A stretch of DNA of 64,000 bases from contig NC_045697.1 in assembly GCF_009834535.1 (NCBI RefSeq), positions 21,454,001 to 21,518,000 on the forward strand, given 5' to 3'. A model generated the notes under the pieces. That model worked only from the letters and a program-made list of their open reading frames with translations. It did not search any database and was not told where the DNA came from. Positions 26,616-40,133 of this stretch are shown piece by piece. The DNA comes from Camelus ferus (lineage: Eukaryota). How positions within the stretch are numbered: position 1 is the stretch's first letter; every line of letters begins with the position of its first letter. Made by a program: the position numbers and the translations under genes.

Positions 26616-28104
26616 TTTAATAGACCTTACTTTTAGAGCAGTTTTAAATTCGCAGCAGTGTTGAACAGAAGGTAAAGAGATTTCCTATGTTCCCTGCCTT
26701 CACACAGACATAGCCTATCCCAAGTCAACATTCCCCATCAGAGTGAGACATAATTTATGAAACTACATTGACACATTATTTTCACCCAGAGTACATTGTT
26801 TAATTAGGCCTAGGTCTTGGTATTGGATGTTCTATGTGTTTGGACAAATGTATAATCACAGGTGTCCTTTATTATAGTATTAAATAGGATAATCTCACTG
26901 CCCTAAGAAAACCTCTGTCTTCCACTTATTCTTCCCTCCTATCTATTCCAATTTTTGGCCACTACTGATCTTTATACCATCTCCATCATCTTGCCTTTCT
27001 AGAATGTCATATAGTTGGAATCACACAGTGTTCAGCTTTTCTAGATCGACTTCTTTCATTTAGTCACATGCAATTAATGTTCTTCCATGTCTCTTGAATG
27101 CTTGATGGCTCATTATTATTTTTTTTTTAGTGATAAATAACATTCCTTTGTCTGGATGTACCACTATTTATTTATCCATTCACCTACTGAAGAACATCTT
27201 GACTGCCTCTAAATTTTGTCAACTATGAATGGAGCAGCTAGAGACATCTGTTTACAAGTTTTTGTGTGGATGTAAGTTCTAAGCTCCTTTGTGCAGACAC
27301 TAAGGAGAGTGATTACCGGCTTTTATGGTAAGAGTAGGTTTAGTTTTGCAAGAAACTTCCAAACTATCTTCCATGGTGGCTCTACCATTTTGCATTCCAC
27401 CAGCAGTGATTGCAAGCTCCTGTAGCTCTATATAATTGCCAGGATTTGGTGATGCCAGTGTTCTGGATTTTGGTCACTGTAATGTGCGTGTAGCGTTATC
27501 TCATTGTTTTGATTTGCATTTCCCTGATTGCATGATGTGGAGAATCTTTGTGTATGCTTATTTGTCATCTATGTATCTTCTTTGATGAAGTGCCTGTTAA
27601 GGTCTTCAGCCCATTTTTTAACTGAGTTGTTTGTTTTCTTATTGTTGGGTATTAAGTGTTCTTTTTGTGTTTTAGATAAAATCCTTTATCAGATGTATTT
27701 TTTGCAAATATCCCTTCTCAGTCTGTGCTTGTCTTATGATTCTCTGGGCAATGTCTTTCCCAGAGTTGTTTTTTTTTTAATTGAATTATAGCTTATGAAT
27801 TTATTTTTTCATGGATCGTATCTAAAAAGTCCTCACCAAAGCCAAGAACATCTAGATTTTCTCCCGTGTTGTCTATAGGAGTTTTATACTTTGTATAGTT
27901 TCTTTAAGTTTTTGATATATTTTGAGTTAACTTTTGTAAAGGGTGTAAGTTTTGTGTCTAGCTCTTTTTCTTTTTCTTTTTTTTTTTTTTTTTTTGGCAT
28001 GATATGGATGATCAGTTGTTCCAGGACCATTTGTTGAAAAGTTTATCTTTGCTCCATTGTATTGCCTTTGTTTTGTGGTCAAACATTAGTTGACTACATT
28101 TATA
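26616..28104 (-). mobile_element. L1MC-like 3'UTR plus ORF2 3' end, with probable 13-bp TSD
   Basis: ttaatagaccttactttttagagcagttttaaattcgcagcag 3' end. Flanks aagttttatcttt (26603-26615) and aaattttaccttt (28105-28117), 11/13 identical. Confidence 0.88.
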
Positions 28105-28908
28105 AAATTTTACCTTTAACTTCATTTTTGGAACAAAAATTATGAATACAAATGGAATCTGCTTAATATAAACCACAATGTCCTATCACATACTATATAT
28201 TAATGCAAAATGTAGTAGTATTTATACACATACTGACTGATTTTATTAATTAAAATACTTCCTAATATATTTTGAGCCCTTATCCTATTATTTATATTTT
28301 GATAATTTTTATAGCAGAAATTAATTGTTTTAGATGAAACTTAAAATGTTTTACAGATAGAAATATTACTTGATAAATGGACCATAATTGTGATTAAATT
28401 AGCCTACACCTTATATTATTTTAACATAATGGGGAAACTATAGGCTGGTTTAACTTAGGAAAATCAGAGCTTACAGAACATAATACATAAGATGATGGTG
28501 ATTATTATTCATGTTACAAAATAGTTATTTCCTTATTTAAAAAACAATGTCAGACTTTTCCTGTAAATATCGTTTGTATTTCTTTCTCATTTTATCTCAA
28601 ATTTTGAGGAATGTGTGTTTAGAAACATGGAAAATACATTTTCAATACTTACCTAAGATGTAAGTACTGACCCATTTATTATATTTTTAAATCACATTCA
28701 AGAATCAAAACTAAGCTTGATTCTCCCAGAAGCAAGCGAATATTGTAGAACATAGTTTTCTAAAATCTAGGATTTGGTACACTGGTTATATGTAAAATCA
28801 GCTTAGTAAGTAGCACCAAATATTTTATAAATAAACTAGAGAATAATAGAAAAGAGAAATATTATTTTATGAAATTTTAAGACCCTTAGGTATGTGCTGG
28901 AGGGTATT

Positions 28909-29450
28909 TGTGATATCTGCTATGCGGTATTTCAACACCACTTCATTCTGAAGTAAGTTTCTCATTGGATGAGATTTGTTGGCAGAGTCATACCTTCTGA
29001 GGCAAAAAAAAAAGGCCATTTCTCCCTCTCTCTAGAAGCCCAACAAAAACCCAATGGGCAGTGATTTTGTAGAGATGTAGGCTCTGCATTATGTATCCAT
29101 GTCTAAGATCATTGAAGCTTACAGAAGCAAGGCATAGCCATAGGGGGACTTGAGAAATTATTCACGGCTTTGATAACACGCATAGTTAGTGGTGTCATCT
29201 GAGAGTGTCAACCAGTAGCAATGTCAGAAGTCCAGTGGCAGTGATGCCAGTGAGGGTATTTCAACCAATTTGTTCCTTAGCTTTGACCTTGGCTGTACTT
29301 TCAGCTCTCTGGCATCCCTTGGATTCTGCCTTTTATTAAACTCGTTTCCCCTGTCTTCCTGTCAGTTCTACTGGCTACATGATATGTTTTCAATAATTTC
29401 TTTCCTGTTGACACTAGGATAATTACTGTCACCTGGAACAAAAATAAGAG
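28909..29450 (+). mobile_element. Old ERVL LTR (LTR41/LTR33-like)
   Basis: Starts tgtga. Internal ccagtggcagtgatgccagtg, 3' cttcctgtcagttctactggctacatgatatgttttcaataatttc. Confidence 0.55.
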
Positions 29451-29612
29451 TCTTGAGCTAAAATATTTCTGTTTTCATTTGTTTAAAATTTGAATCTTTA
29501 CAGAATATTGTGTTTAAATACCTACATCCTAAAGACATTTGAAAATTAGACGTTATTTTTCTCTTTCCTCTCTCTCAAACTTAAGAAATATTACTCAGAA
29601 AATTAGAAATTT

Positions 29613-29816
29613 GTAGATACTGACAGGTATATATAGAAATGGATAAACAAGTTTATACTGTATAGCACAGGTAAATATATTCAAGATCTTATATTAGCTT
29701 ATGGTGAAAAAGAATAAGAAAATGAATATATGTATATTCCTGTGTGACTGAAAAATTGTGCTGTACACCAGAAATTGACACAACATTGTAAACTGACTAT
29801 AACTCAATAAAAAAAA
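29613..29816 (+). mobile_element. Young short L1 3'-end insertion with perfect 15-bp TSD
   Basis: TSD gaaaattagaaattt at 29598-29612 and 29818-29832. Ends ctcaataaaaaaaa. Confidence 0.95.
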
Positions 29817-30316
29817 GGAAAATTAGAAATTTTATCCATGGGTACAGAAGCAGTTGTTTGCAGAATCAGGAAAAAAATGTTAAGTATCCTGCTCCATAAT
29901 CAGTTTTTACTATTTTACACACACTGAAATGTTGTAACTCACATTATTTAATTAGTTTTGTATTAACAATATCTATACAGAGGTTTACTAAACTAATAAA
30001 TACTCATAAAAATAGCCATTTCAGCTATTTTTCAGCCCCTGTTTATAGGATCTGGTATTTAGTCACATAACTCAAGTAAGTGAAGAAACATAGAATATAG
30101 AATTCCAAAATAGGGGTATAAAAATCACTTTTACCCAGGACTGAAATTGCTGTAGTGTATGGTACTGAGTACTTATCAGAAGTAAACAAAAACATTAATT
30201 TGGAAAGATACATGCACCCCTATGTTCATTCCAACATTATTTACAATAGCCAAGATATGGAAGCAACCTGGGTGTCCCTTATATTTTGAATGGATAAAGA
30301 AGATGTGATATACAGG

Positions 30317-30324
30317 CACATACA

Positions 30325-30372
<48 letters not shown>
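30317..30372. repeat. (CA)n microsatellite
   Basis: Visible run. Confidence 0.97.
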
Positions 30373-30373
<1 letters not shown>

Positions 30374-30593
30374 TGTTGACCCTTGAACAACAGGGGTTTG
30401 AACTGTGTGGGTCCGTTTTTACATAGATATTTTTCAATAAATAGGTACTCCAGGGCTATACAATCTGGAGTTGGTTAAATCCATGAATTTGGAACTATAG
30501 TTACAGAGGACTGACTATAAAATTATACTCACATTTTCAACTGCACAGAGGGCAAACACTCCTACCCACCTCACATTGTTCGGGGGTCAATTG
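30373..30593. mobile_element. Tigger2-family (TcMar) MITE
   Basis: TIRs ttgttgacccttgaacaa and ttgttcgggggtcaattg, followed by TA. Confidence 0.85.
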
Positions 30594-30899
30594 TACAATA
30601 GAATATTACTCAGCTATAAAAAAGAATAAAATCTTGCAACTTGCACTAACATGGTGGAATAAATATAATAAATATTTTAATAGGAATATTTCTCATACAT
30701 AAGCTCATGGCTGAGTGCTAATTCAATGAAAGGACATGTATACAGATAAGTAAGTGTCAACAAATGGGAAAGTTTTTCAAGAACATGCTTAACCAAAGAC
30801 AGAGACTAAAATTTAGATCGTCTATCATATTAGATTTTTAAGTGAATATTTTACTTATAACTTAGATTTGGGTATTTGTGTTCATCAAGGCATACATAT

Positions 30900-30992
30900 A
30901 AATAATAAATGAGATATATTGTATACATATATAAGAGAACATTAAATGGTATTAAGTTCAAAGAGAAAAAGCACAATGGCAAACTCTTGTAT

Positions 30993-31035
<43 letters not shown>

Positions 31036-31520
31036 TGTAGATAGAGTGAACTGGGAAAGCATTACTAAGAGGGTGACAAGTAAAAGAGACCTAATGAGAG
31101 GTGGGTGAGGGAAGAGCAATTGCAAAGTGCTTCTTGAGGTGAGAGCAGATATACAGTTGTGTCCAAAAAAAGTAGGACATCTGGATGGCTGGGAAAAAAG
31201 AAAACAAGGAGCAAGGGCTGAGTTCTAGGAACAAGAGATTAGAGAAGTAATGGAACAGCAGTATTCCATGTGGTCTTGAAGGTCGTATTTACAAATGTGG
31301 CTGCTGCTTTGAATGAGAGTCTTTCACGAGAAGGTTGCATGCAGTGATATAATTAGACTTTGATTTTAACAGATTTATTCTGGATTCTGTGGTGGACATG
31401 GACCAACTTGCTGAGCAAGGACAGATGTAGTGAGACCACTTAGGAGTGTATAGTAAAAATCTAGGCGCAAGATGGTGACTGACTCACATCTTCAAATGTG
31501 GCAGCAGTTGAAAGGTTAGA
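30900..31520 (-). mobile_element. L2 fragment
   Basis: cagtgatataattagactttgattttaacagatttattctggattctgtg and gagaccacttaggagtgtatagtaaaaatctaggcgcaagatggtg motifs. Confidence 0.65.
30996..31032. repeat. (TG)n microsatellite
   Basis: Visible perfect run. Confidence 0.97.
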
Positions 31521-31564
31521 GATGGAGTTACTTCACCTGCAAAGCTGCTATTGAAAAACAATCA

Positions 31565-31890
31565 TTCTTAGAATTAAGATATAATTGATATTACGTAAAT
31601 TTAAGGTATAAGCATGCTAATCTGATACATTTATATACTGCAATATGATTACCCTCTTAGTGTTAGCTAGTACCTCCATCACATCACACCAGTAGCATTT
31701 GTGTGTGTGTGTGTGTGGTGAGAACATGTAAGATCTAGTCTCCTAGAAACTTTGAAGTATATAATATGCATTAGACCTCCAGAACTTGCTCTCCTTTTCA
31801 CTGCAAGTTGCACCTTTGACCAGCATCTCTCCAATTTACCCTGGTAACCACCATTCTACTTTCTGTTTCTATGAGTTCAGCTTTTTTCAT
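31565..31890 (-). mobile_element. L1MA9-like 3' end
   Basis: gtaaatttaaggtata...tgtggtgagaacatgtaagatcta...ctggtaaccaccattctactttctgtttctatgagtt. Confidence 0.8.
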
Positions 31891-33669
31891 CTCACTCGCT
31901 AATTCCATATTCAGTGAAAATGTTGATACCTGGGGTTTCAGTTCTGTCTAAATGCCAGCAATAAATGGGAGTGATATGAATATCTATGATGGCGCCAAAC
32001 TCAACAATCAAACTGCAAAATAATTAAATATGTTATTTTAAAATAGTTGTTTAATCAGAATATAAAAATGAAAAAATAACAATACAGAACTTTATGTAGT
32101 ATATTCCAATTATTTTATTGCTATGCCTATGTTTCCCTTGTCTGCTTTTGCTAAAGAGTTTATTAATCACCATATAATACTTAAACGTCTACTGCAACTC
32201 ACTCTGGATCACTCAATGCAAAATTGCTTATGTGCATTTGACTGTGAAGCAACCATCAAAAAGTACAGATTCTGATTTTACAGTTTTCCCTTTGCAAATT
32301 ATATACACTAACCTTTCTTATTCTGAATTAGATAGATATTTAGATGTATATAGATATGTTTCTTTCATATATAAATATGGGGTTTTTACAATCAACCATC
32401 TCAAAAACTCTTACTCTTTCTGTTTTATCTACTTATCCATTCTGAAAGCAATTACTATCCTTTATATACTCCAAATTCTTCATCAGGACTTTTGTATTTT
32501 AAATACCACTTATTGAAATATATCTTAAATTTTCACCTTCTAAATATTTTAAGCTCTTTTATCATGATGAGCATAAAGCAATTTAAAATACATTTGAACA
32601 ATTTTAAAGGCAAGAAATATAAAATATTGAAATATAGAATAAAATTCAGCTTCTTTTTTACATTTCCTAATATTAGCACACGTTAGATAATCAGAAAGAA
32701 AAATAAGACTACTTCGTTAAAAAGATTTTTAATTGTTCCAAATACTTACCAGGTAAAATCCAACTCTATGCATAAAATCAGGACGCTCTATAATTTTTTA
32801 TCTTTGTCAATCACATTTAAATCACTTCCTCAATGATGTATTTCCTAACCTATATGTTAGTGTATATGGGTGAATACATATGTATATGACTAAATGTATA
32901 TGTGTTCATATACATTTATATGTGTGTAATATATGTGTGTATAATATATTAAACTCAATACTGTGGATTAAATTTAAAATAAGTTATTTTGAATCACTTT
33001 AGAGATATCTCTCTGAATAAGGCAGCATTTAAAGTATGTGTTTTTATAGAATTTGGCTTTACTTAAAGAAACTCTCACAGAAAGGAAAATATAACGCTAA
33101 CATCTTAAATTTCTATGTGTCCTGGTAAGTGTACTGGTAAGAATGATGTTCTCTCTCTCAGCATTACATTCATTTGTTAGTAAAAGGACTGTAAGTGCAT
33201 GGGTTATTGTATGGGTCTGTCTCCAACTTATGTGATAATATTTCAGGGCATTCACCACTTAATTTTACCATTAGACTGGATCAATTCCAGGGAAGCCTTC
33301 TGTAGATATGTAAAGTAACCTTCTGTCTCTCATAAATCATAATTTATGTTCCTTATGTGTGAACAGAAGGTGTAAGTAAACAAACCAATTTGTGGAAGTT
33401 AGCTATTTTTCTCTAAATTTCAATCTCCTCAGAATCCCTTTAATTTAGCTTTTATTGATCTCTCCTTTATAGTCTTGGATATTTTTGTTCCTTGGATGGA
33501 GTAACCTCACTGATAGTGGTATATAAGTGATGTATCACTGCCTCCACTTCTTACCATACTCTCTGTTCTTGTTATTTTGTTTGCTTGTTTCATTTTTTTT
33601 TTTCAGTATCTGGAGAAATATACATCCATCATTCACTATTAGACTGCTTCAAACTTTCTCTTGCTACTT

Positions 33670-34110
33670 GTTTCAGGTATCTGTATTTGCACTCGAAACA
33701 CAGCAAATTTAAAACAAACAAAATAAGTTATAAGATTTTGAAGTTTTTCAGCTGAGGCAGGGCTTGGTGGGGACAACCTGCTTCTGCTTTAGGTATCTTA
33801 AGGTGAGCAGTCCAGCCAGGACTAGAACATTCTTTACCTTCATTTCCAAGATGGCTTACACCCATCTGACAATTTGGTGCTGGCCGTCAGATGGAAGCTA
33901 AGCTGAGAGCTGTTGACTGGGGTCTTGACTCTGCCCCATGCAGGTTCCTGCACATGGCTGCCTGGGCTTTCTCACAGCCTGACAGCTGGCTCTGATAAGG
34001 AGGCTTCTAAGACGGAGTGTTCCAAGAAGCAGAAAGCATCTTCAAACCTCTTAAAGGCTGTGATTTGGATCTTGGATAGTGAGATGGAATAAAAGATTCT
34101 TCCTCTCATT
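33670..34110 (-). mobile_element. MaLR LTR (MLT1G/H-like)
   Basis: ttccaagatggcttacacccatctgacaatttggtgctggc and ctgcctgggctttctcacagcctgacagctgg motifs. Confidence 0.75.
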
Positions 34111-34289
34111 ATGAAATATTAAGTTCATTTTCCATCCCATTGAATTCAGGCTCATCCTGTGACTACCAATAGAATACATCAGAGATGACCTTACTACAAT
34201 TCCATACCAAGCCCTTAAAAGGACAAATTTTCACAAACTTGCTACTCTATGAAATAATCACTATTTCCCCTTTATTAGAACATTTCATT

Positions 34290-34520
34290 AACAGTAATAA
34301 TAATAATACTTAAAAGCAATTGAAGGCTAACTGTATGTGAAGAACTGTGTTAATGTCTGTACGTGAATTGTGTTCTCATTTACTCTTGAGAATAGCCCTA
34401 TATATCCATACCATTATTTTTTCTCTTTTTAAAGAGGAATAAACTGGAAATCAGTGTCTAAGTGACTTGTTTAAGAACTCACAATGAGTAGGAGGCAGAA
34501 CAAATATTAGAACTCTGTTT
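34290..34520 (-). mobile_element. MIR SINE
   Basis: taataataat tail then ctcatttactcttgagaatagccctat...gaggaataaactg...taagtgacttgtttaagaactcaca. Confidence 0.65.
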
Positions 34521-34989
34521 TATATGAAGTCATATAATATTTTCCTATAAGATATTATATACTCTCTGTCTTTATTTTTAACTGGCATTGATATGTAATA
34601 GTCCCAATTATCTTGAACCAGAGAAGTAATCTTAGTTATTTATACCTTGCTGAGTGCTTCAATTAAAAAAAATTATATTTCTTTCTTACTAGCTATCATT
34701 TATCTAAATCCTAAAAATATATAACATTATTAAATATTCAATACTTATATATCTATTAAACACCATTTTATCACTTAGACTTTGATTACACTAAATTCAG
34801 TAACTTCTCTTGAGCTATTTCAATGGCAATTACAAGTGAAAATAATTGATTATTTTGAATACTTCAAGCAATACATACACCAGTAAATATTTAAGTATCA
34901 TACTGAATAAGCAAGTCACACAGAGTAGAATTAGAACACAAAGTTACTTCCTGCTCTCCTCTCCTCACCTCCTCCTTTTTCTTGACTAC

Positions 34990-37070
34990 TGTGTTTGATT
35001 TTTACTCTAGTACCACATTTCCATAAATTTTTAGAATTCTATTAGTAATAATCCTCAAAACATTCTAGGATTTTATTAAACTAATAATAATTTTATAAAA
35101 CAGTTTAGCAAAAATTTATATCTTTAAAATAGTGAGTCTCAGAATTAATGAATATATTATATCTTTTCATTTATTGAGGTCTTTAATTTTTCTCAATAAT
35201 AATTTACAGGTTCCTCTATATTTTGCACTTTCGTCATATTTATCCATGGGCATTTGATGTTTTTACTGCTGTTATAATAGTAATATATAAAATTTCCTTT
35301 TCTAATGATCTCTTGGCTTGTATATCAAATTTTATTTTTGTTTTTGATATTATTTATGGCATCTAATAATGTTACTTAGATTCCTTGAAGGTACTAGATA
35401 TGTCATGCTGGAAATTACTTGATTTTGCCCATAATAGCAGTTTTAATGTTTTATGTTTCCAATTTTCACTTTTAAAATTTATCTTTTCTTACTTAACCCT
35501 CTATGACTTAGAGGAGAACATTAAATAAAGTAGTGAGACAGTTATCCCTTCGCATAGCTTGATCTCAGTGGAAAAGCTGTCAATAGTTTGTTGTTAGATA
35601 TAAAGGCTGCTGTCATTTATTATAAATTTTCTTTATCAAATTGTTAACTTATCTACCTATTTTACTAAACAGTTCTATAAAAATGGATTTTGAATTTTAT
35701 CATGTGCTTTTACTATATCTACTGAGGTAATGATAATACTTTTCTTATTTTATTAATGTGGTGAATCACATTGATTTTCATAGAGCAAACCAACTTCACA
35801 TGCTTTTAAGAAATTCACAATTATTATCTTTTTTATATATTGCTTTAACTTTCTATGATTTTGCTTATTACTTTGCATCCATGTTTAGGGAAAGAGTTAA
35901 CCTGTGATCTTGTTTTCATTTAGTGTGATTATCAAAGACACACCCCCTAACAAAATACGTAGGGAAGAATTTCTAATTTTTTGCTCTGTAACATTTTTGT
36001 ACAATATTTGCTCTTCTTCAAGTATTTGTGAACGAAATTATTAGTGATGCCACATGAATCTGTATTTTCCTTTGTAAAAAAATTAATCAGATTTACAGTT
36101 TCGTAAGTTATATTACTACTGTTTTCAGCCTACTCTCAAATTTCAGTAAAGTATATTTTATAGAAGTTTTTCCACTCAATCTAAATTATCAAATGTGATA
36201 ATGAATGTTTTCTTACTGTTTTATTTTTTAATGTGTTTGAGGTCGATAGCAATGCACATTTTATCTTGACATTGGTACTTTGTGCCTTGTCACCTTTTGT
36301 TTTCGAGCTTTCTAAGTGATTAGCAATTGTGCTAGGTTAGCCCATAAGGACACATGGTGCTTTGCTGGTTTTGCCTGCAGTGTGTCTGCTCTCTATCTCA
36401 CTGACTGCTGTATGATGTGCTCTTTTTCCTTTGGTTTAATTTTTCTGTTCTTTCTGAGTTGGGTCTTTAGGTAATTGATTTTCTGTCATTTTCTCTTTGA
36501 ACTTATATATTTGAGGCTAATCATCTGTTAGTATGTCCTATTTTCATAATAATTAAGTCATAACTAGTATAACATACGGCTTATTTAGAGTTATATTGCT
36601 TCATTTCTAAATGAATTTAATTTAAAAGCATTTTTAAATTTATGTTGTTTGCTAATTCCACTATGACCAAAAGACATACTTTGAATGATTTTAATCCCTT
36701 TAAATTTGCTAAATATGTGCTTTTTAAATTGGCAATTTTGGTAAATATTTCATATTCTCTCTTTGTAAGGTGAAGTTTTTTCTTCAGATAATTTTGTAAT
36801 TGTTCGATATATAGACCTTCACTTTTTTTTTAATATCCTGAAAGATGTATGTTAATGTCTCCTTATTATAATGGTAGATTTTCAATTACTTATTTTCAGT
36901 ATTTGCTTGTCATATTTTCTAAGTTATTTGGTACATACAAATTTATAATTGTTATATTACACAGTTGGCTTAAACATTTCATTATTTAAAAATACATTAC
37001 CTCCTCTACTATTATTTGGGCCTTAAAGTTTACATCACATGATATTAGTATAACTACACAGCTCTCTGGG
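34990..37070 (-). mobile_element. Ancient L1 (L1ME/L1M5-type) ORF2 remnant
   Basis: Decayed antisense ORF2 motifs (ggattttgaattttatcatgtgcttttactatatctactgaggtaatgata, ttaatgtggtgaatcacattgatttt). Confidence 0.7.
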
Positions 37071-40000
37071 AACAACCCCTGACTTACTTAAAGCATCCTT
37101 GTTTTTTGGCAATAGCACCATTCTGAATTTTTCTTGCTCTAAGGTATAGATTGAACTACTTTCTTAAAATCTGTTTTCATTCATAAGGGAGTACTCTTAG
37201 ACACACGTCTGGTCTTGGGGTATTCAAAGATCTTGCCATTGTTATTAAACCGGGGTGGAGGGGTGGGAGTGGTGGAGATTGTTTGGAATCTTTTGAAAAG
37301 TCATAGAAATAAATAATAGTTTTCCTTATTTAACTTAATAATTTTACTTTTCCAATATGAAATTCCATCTATTACCAAGACTTAACAATAGGAATGCTTC
37401 CTATTGGTTTCTTAAAAAAATACGAATTAATCAAGTCCAATGGCTCTTTTTAAAATGTTTTCTTTCTTTAACTTAAATTCTTTACATGACACTGTTAATC
37501 AGCAATGCTGAAAAAAAAAAACAAAACAAAACTTTAATTTGATTCAGTGACATTCCATTATACCTATTTGCACAATTTTCTCCTTACATCTCTGATCTTT
37601 CCATTCTTTGAGTCACTTGTACTGGGTGTTTTTGCTTGTTTGTTTATGATTTGACCTCATCTTCCTTTTCTTCTCAATCTCCATCCTTTCTCTTCTAATT
37701 GATTTCTGTAGTTTGAACTCTTTTCTCCATATAAATTATTTCCAACTCATACATCTCTGTCTTGCCTTCACATGAGCTACTTCCCTACTTTAAATGAATA
37801 TTCAGACAATTTTGCATAGAAGCATATTCTAGGAAACCTCTAGCCAGTTTCCCTTTCATAGACCTAAAGACCTTTGTTTAAAATTTATTATATATTTAAA
37901 GTTTTCTCTCTAGGGGACATGCATATAGATTGCACCTATTATTTATTATTCCATTATAATATCCTTGAAGAACTAGACACACCTTTCTCAGAAATATAAA
38001 TTCACATTAATAGAACAAGTGGAATATACAAGGCTTTTAGAGAAAGATTTTCTAGTATGAAGGGGAATTTGAAAAAATACATCAGAATGCTTGTTAATGC
38101 TGCCACCACAAAACAGAGAAGTTCTACTAACAGCTTCCTTCCCTGAATGAGGTCATGAGCTTATGATCGGAGGTTCTCAGCCAATTATGTCTGTCCCGGG
38201 AAAGTATATAAAAGTTCCAGAACTCTCTCTTCGATGCACACTGGGGTTTGCAGACAAAAACATTTATGTCTATCTTTGAAATATATGTCAGGCTCAGAAT
38301 TGCTCAGATGTAAGAAAAAACAACACCATGAATATAGGAGCAGATGTAATCTCTTAATGTCGTGGAATTTCAACCACATTCACATTGTTTATCCTATTCA
38401 AACTAATATTTCACTAATTTTAGAGCCAGAAATAACCCCTAACTTCAGGGGTTCTCCACTGTGGGTCTCCTAATTTGTTCCTCTTCTCCTTTCCTAATCA
38501 CTGTCCATCATTCCTCAATGATTATAGTGTCACATATTTAAACACTCTCATGTACAATGTATTAAGTTTTTTTTCCTTAATAATATATTGACAGTCATCA
38601 AACAATTTTTTCAAACCAAAAAACATAGGCCGGATGGGGTAGAATAGTACCAGGTTATGAAACAATGATTGTGTCTAGTAGGAGAGAAAAAGAAAGGCCA
38701 GATGTGAAATGAGGAAGTACAGAAAAGCTTTATATTCGGTGTGGTCTGGCCTAAATGGCAATCTCCTATTAAATTTTCCATGGAGGTGACAGTCAACCAG
38801 TCATCCAACATCAATTATTTGCCAAATAATTACTTACTTCCTCTACAACTGTGATCCTCAAAGTTGTGATATAAAAAGTACAGGTATACAAAGTTGAATT
38901 TTAGAAAAGATTTCTACCTTAAAAAGTACTTACTGTGACTAAAGCAGAGGGTATCACTCCATCTCTTGTCCTATGATTTTAACTTGTGTTCTTTTAATTT
39001 TACTCTATAATTTTCGTTGAATTGCTCTCCCCTCCTGGTCTGAATTAATGCAAGAACAGATGTGTTACAATAAACACAGATCTTATCACAAACAATATTA
39101 TCATTAGAGTTAAACAAAGCATTGCGAGAATTCAGCAAAATTCTACTAGATGGTTATGAGGTACTTGATTTGAAAATATGAACCAGAGCTCAGAAGAGAA
39201 AGAATATACAATTGAGGGATTTATAATATTATATTTGAAAGTGAAGGGATACAAATATCCTAGGTTTCCTATCTAGGAAGAAGATTTTACATGTATTTTC
39301 ATTGCCTCATCATTTTATTGCCTTTGTTAACAAGGACTATTCTATTTTTTTTTTCCAAATAGTGTTTTTTCCCTCTTAAATAGGTGTGAAGTAGAATGGA
39401 AAAATTCAGCTGTAGCGCTTCATCCAGTGACACTGATAGTGTTTGAAGACCTTTGCTCCCTTTCATATAGCTTAGAGCGCACGTCTAACTTAAGGTGGTG
39501 GATTGATGGTCTCTGCCCTGATGAGGTTAACGTCAAGCCATTCCATTCAGTTTAGTCATAGACTTTTTCAGCATTAATTGTATGCTCTTCAGCATTTTTG
39601 CTGCAGAACATATAGTTTTGAGATGCTTGTCTCTTTAAGATGTTTATTTTTCTTTCTCTTTGTCTGATTTTTAAGTGTAAGCTTAGACTGATCCAGGAAA
39701 GAGGAAATCTGACTTTGTGGTAGAATTTATGTTCTTTCTATTGATATCATCAATCATAGTGAAGGAGAACATGTCTGAACATTTATCTTGAGGCTTGTGA
39801 ACCTGAAGAATGACATGAAATCCGGCAGCATCCATAGCAGGTGGTGAGAACAACTCTGTTGGCAGAAAAATCCAGCATTACTTTAAACACCTACATATTT
39901 CTAGGGACTACATAGGAAAATATAGAATCTGTTACACAGTCTTCAACCTATGTGTAAAGAACAGGAGATAAAAAATCAGAGATGATGCCTTTATGACACC

Positions 40001-40081
40001 AAAATGCATAAGAATAAATTAATTATTTCCCTGAATCAAGTAGTTTAGTAGAAGTCTTATGTGTCAATATTAGCCTTACTT

Positions 40082-40099
40082 ACACATCCACACACACAC

Positions 40100-40132
<33 letters not shown>
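40082..40132. repeat. (CA)n microsatellite
   Basis: Visible run with interruptions at the 5' side. Confidence 0.95.

Positions 40133-40133
<1 letters not shown>

Larger units (their letters stand above)
30185..30655 (+). mobile_element. L1 ORF2 C-terminal fragment interrupted by (CA)n and a Tigger MITE
   Basis: aaagatacatgcacccctatgttcatt...aatggataaagaagatgtg resumes after 30593 as caatagaatattactcagctataaaaaagaat. Confidence 0.88.

Noticed and set aside
37040..37070. Old L1 at 34990-37070 ends at about the consensus point where the 1171-4195 L1 begins
   Set aside because: The genomic order is the reverse of what one split minus-strand element would give, so probably independent copies.
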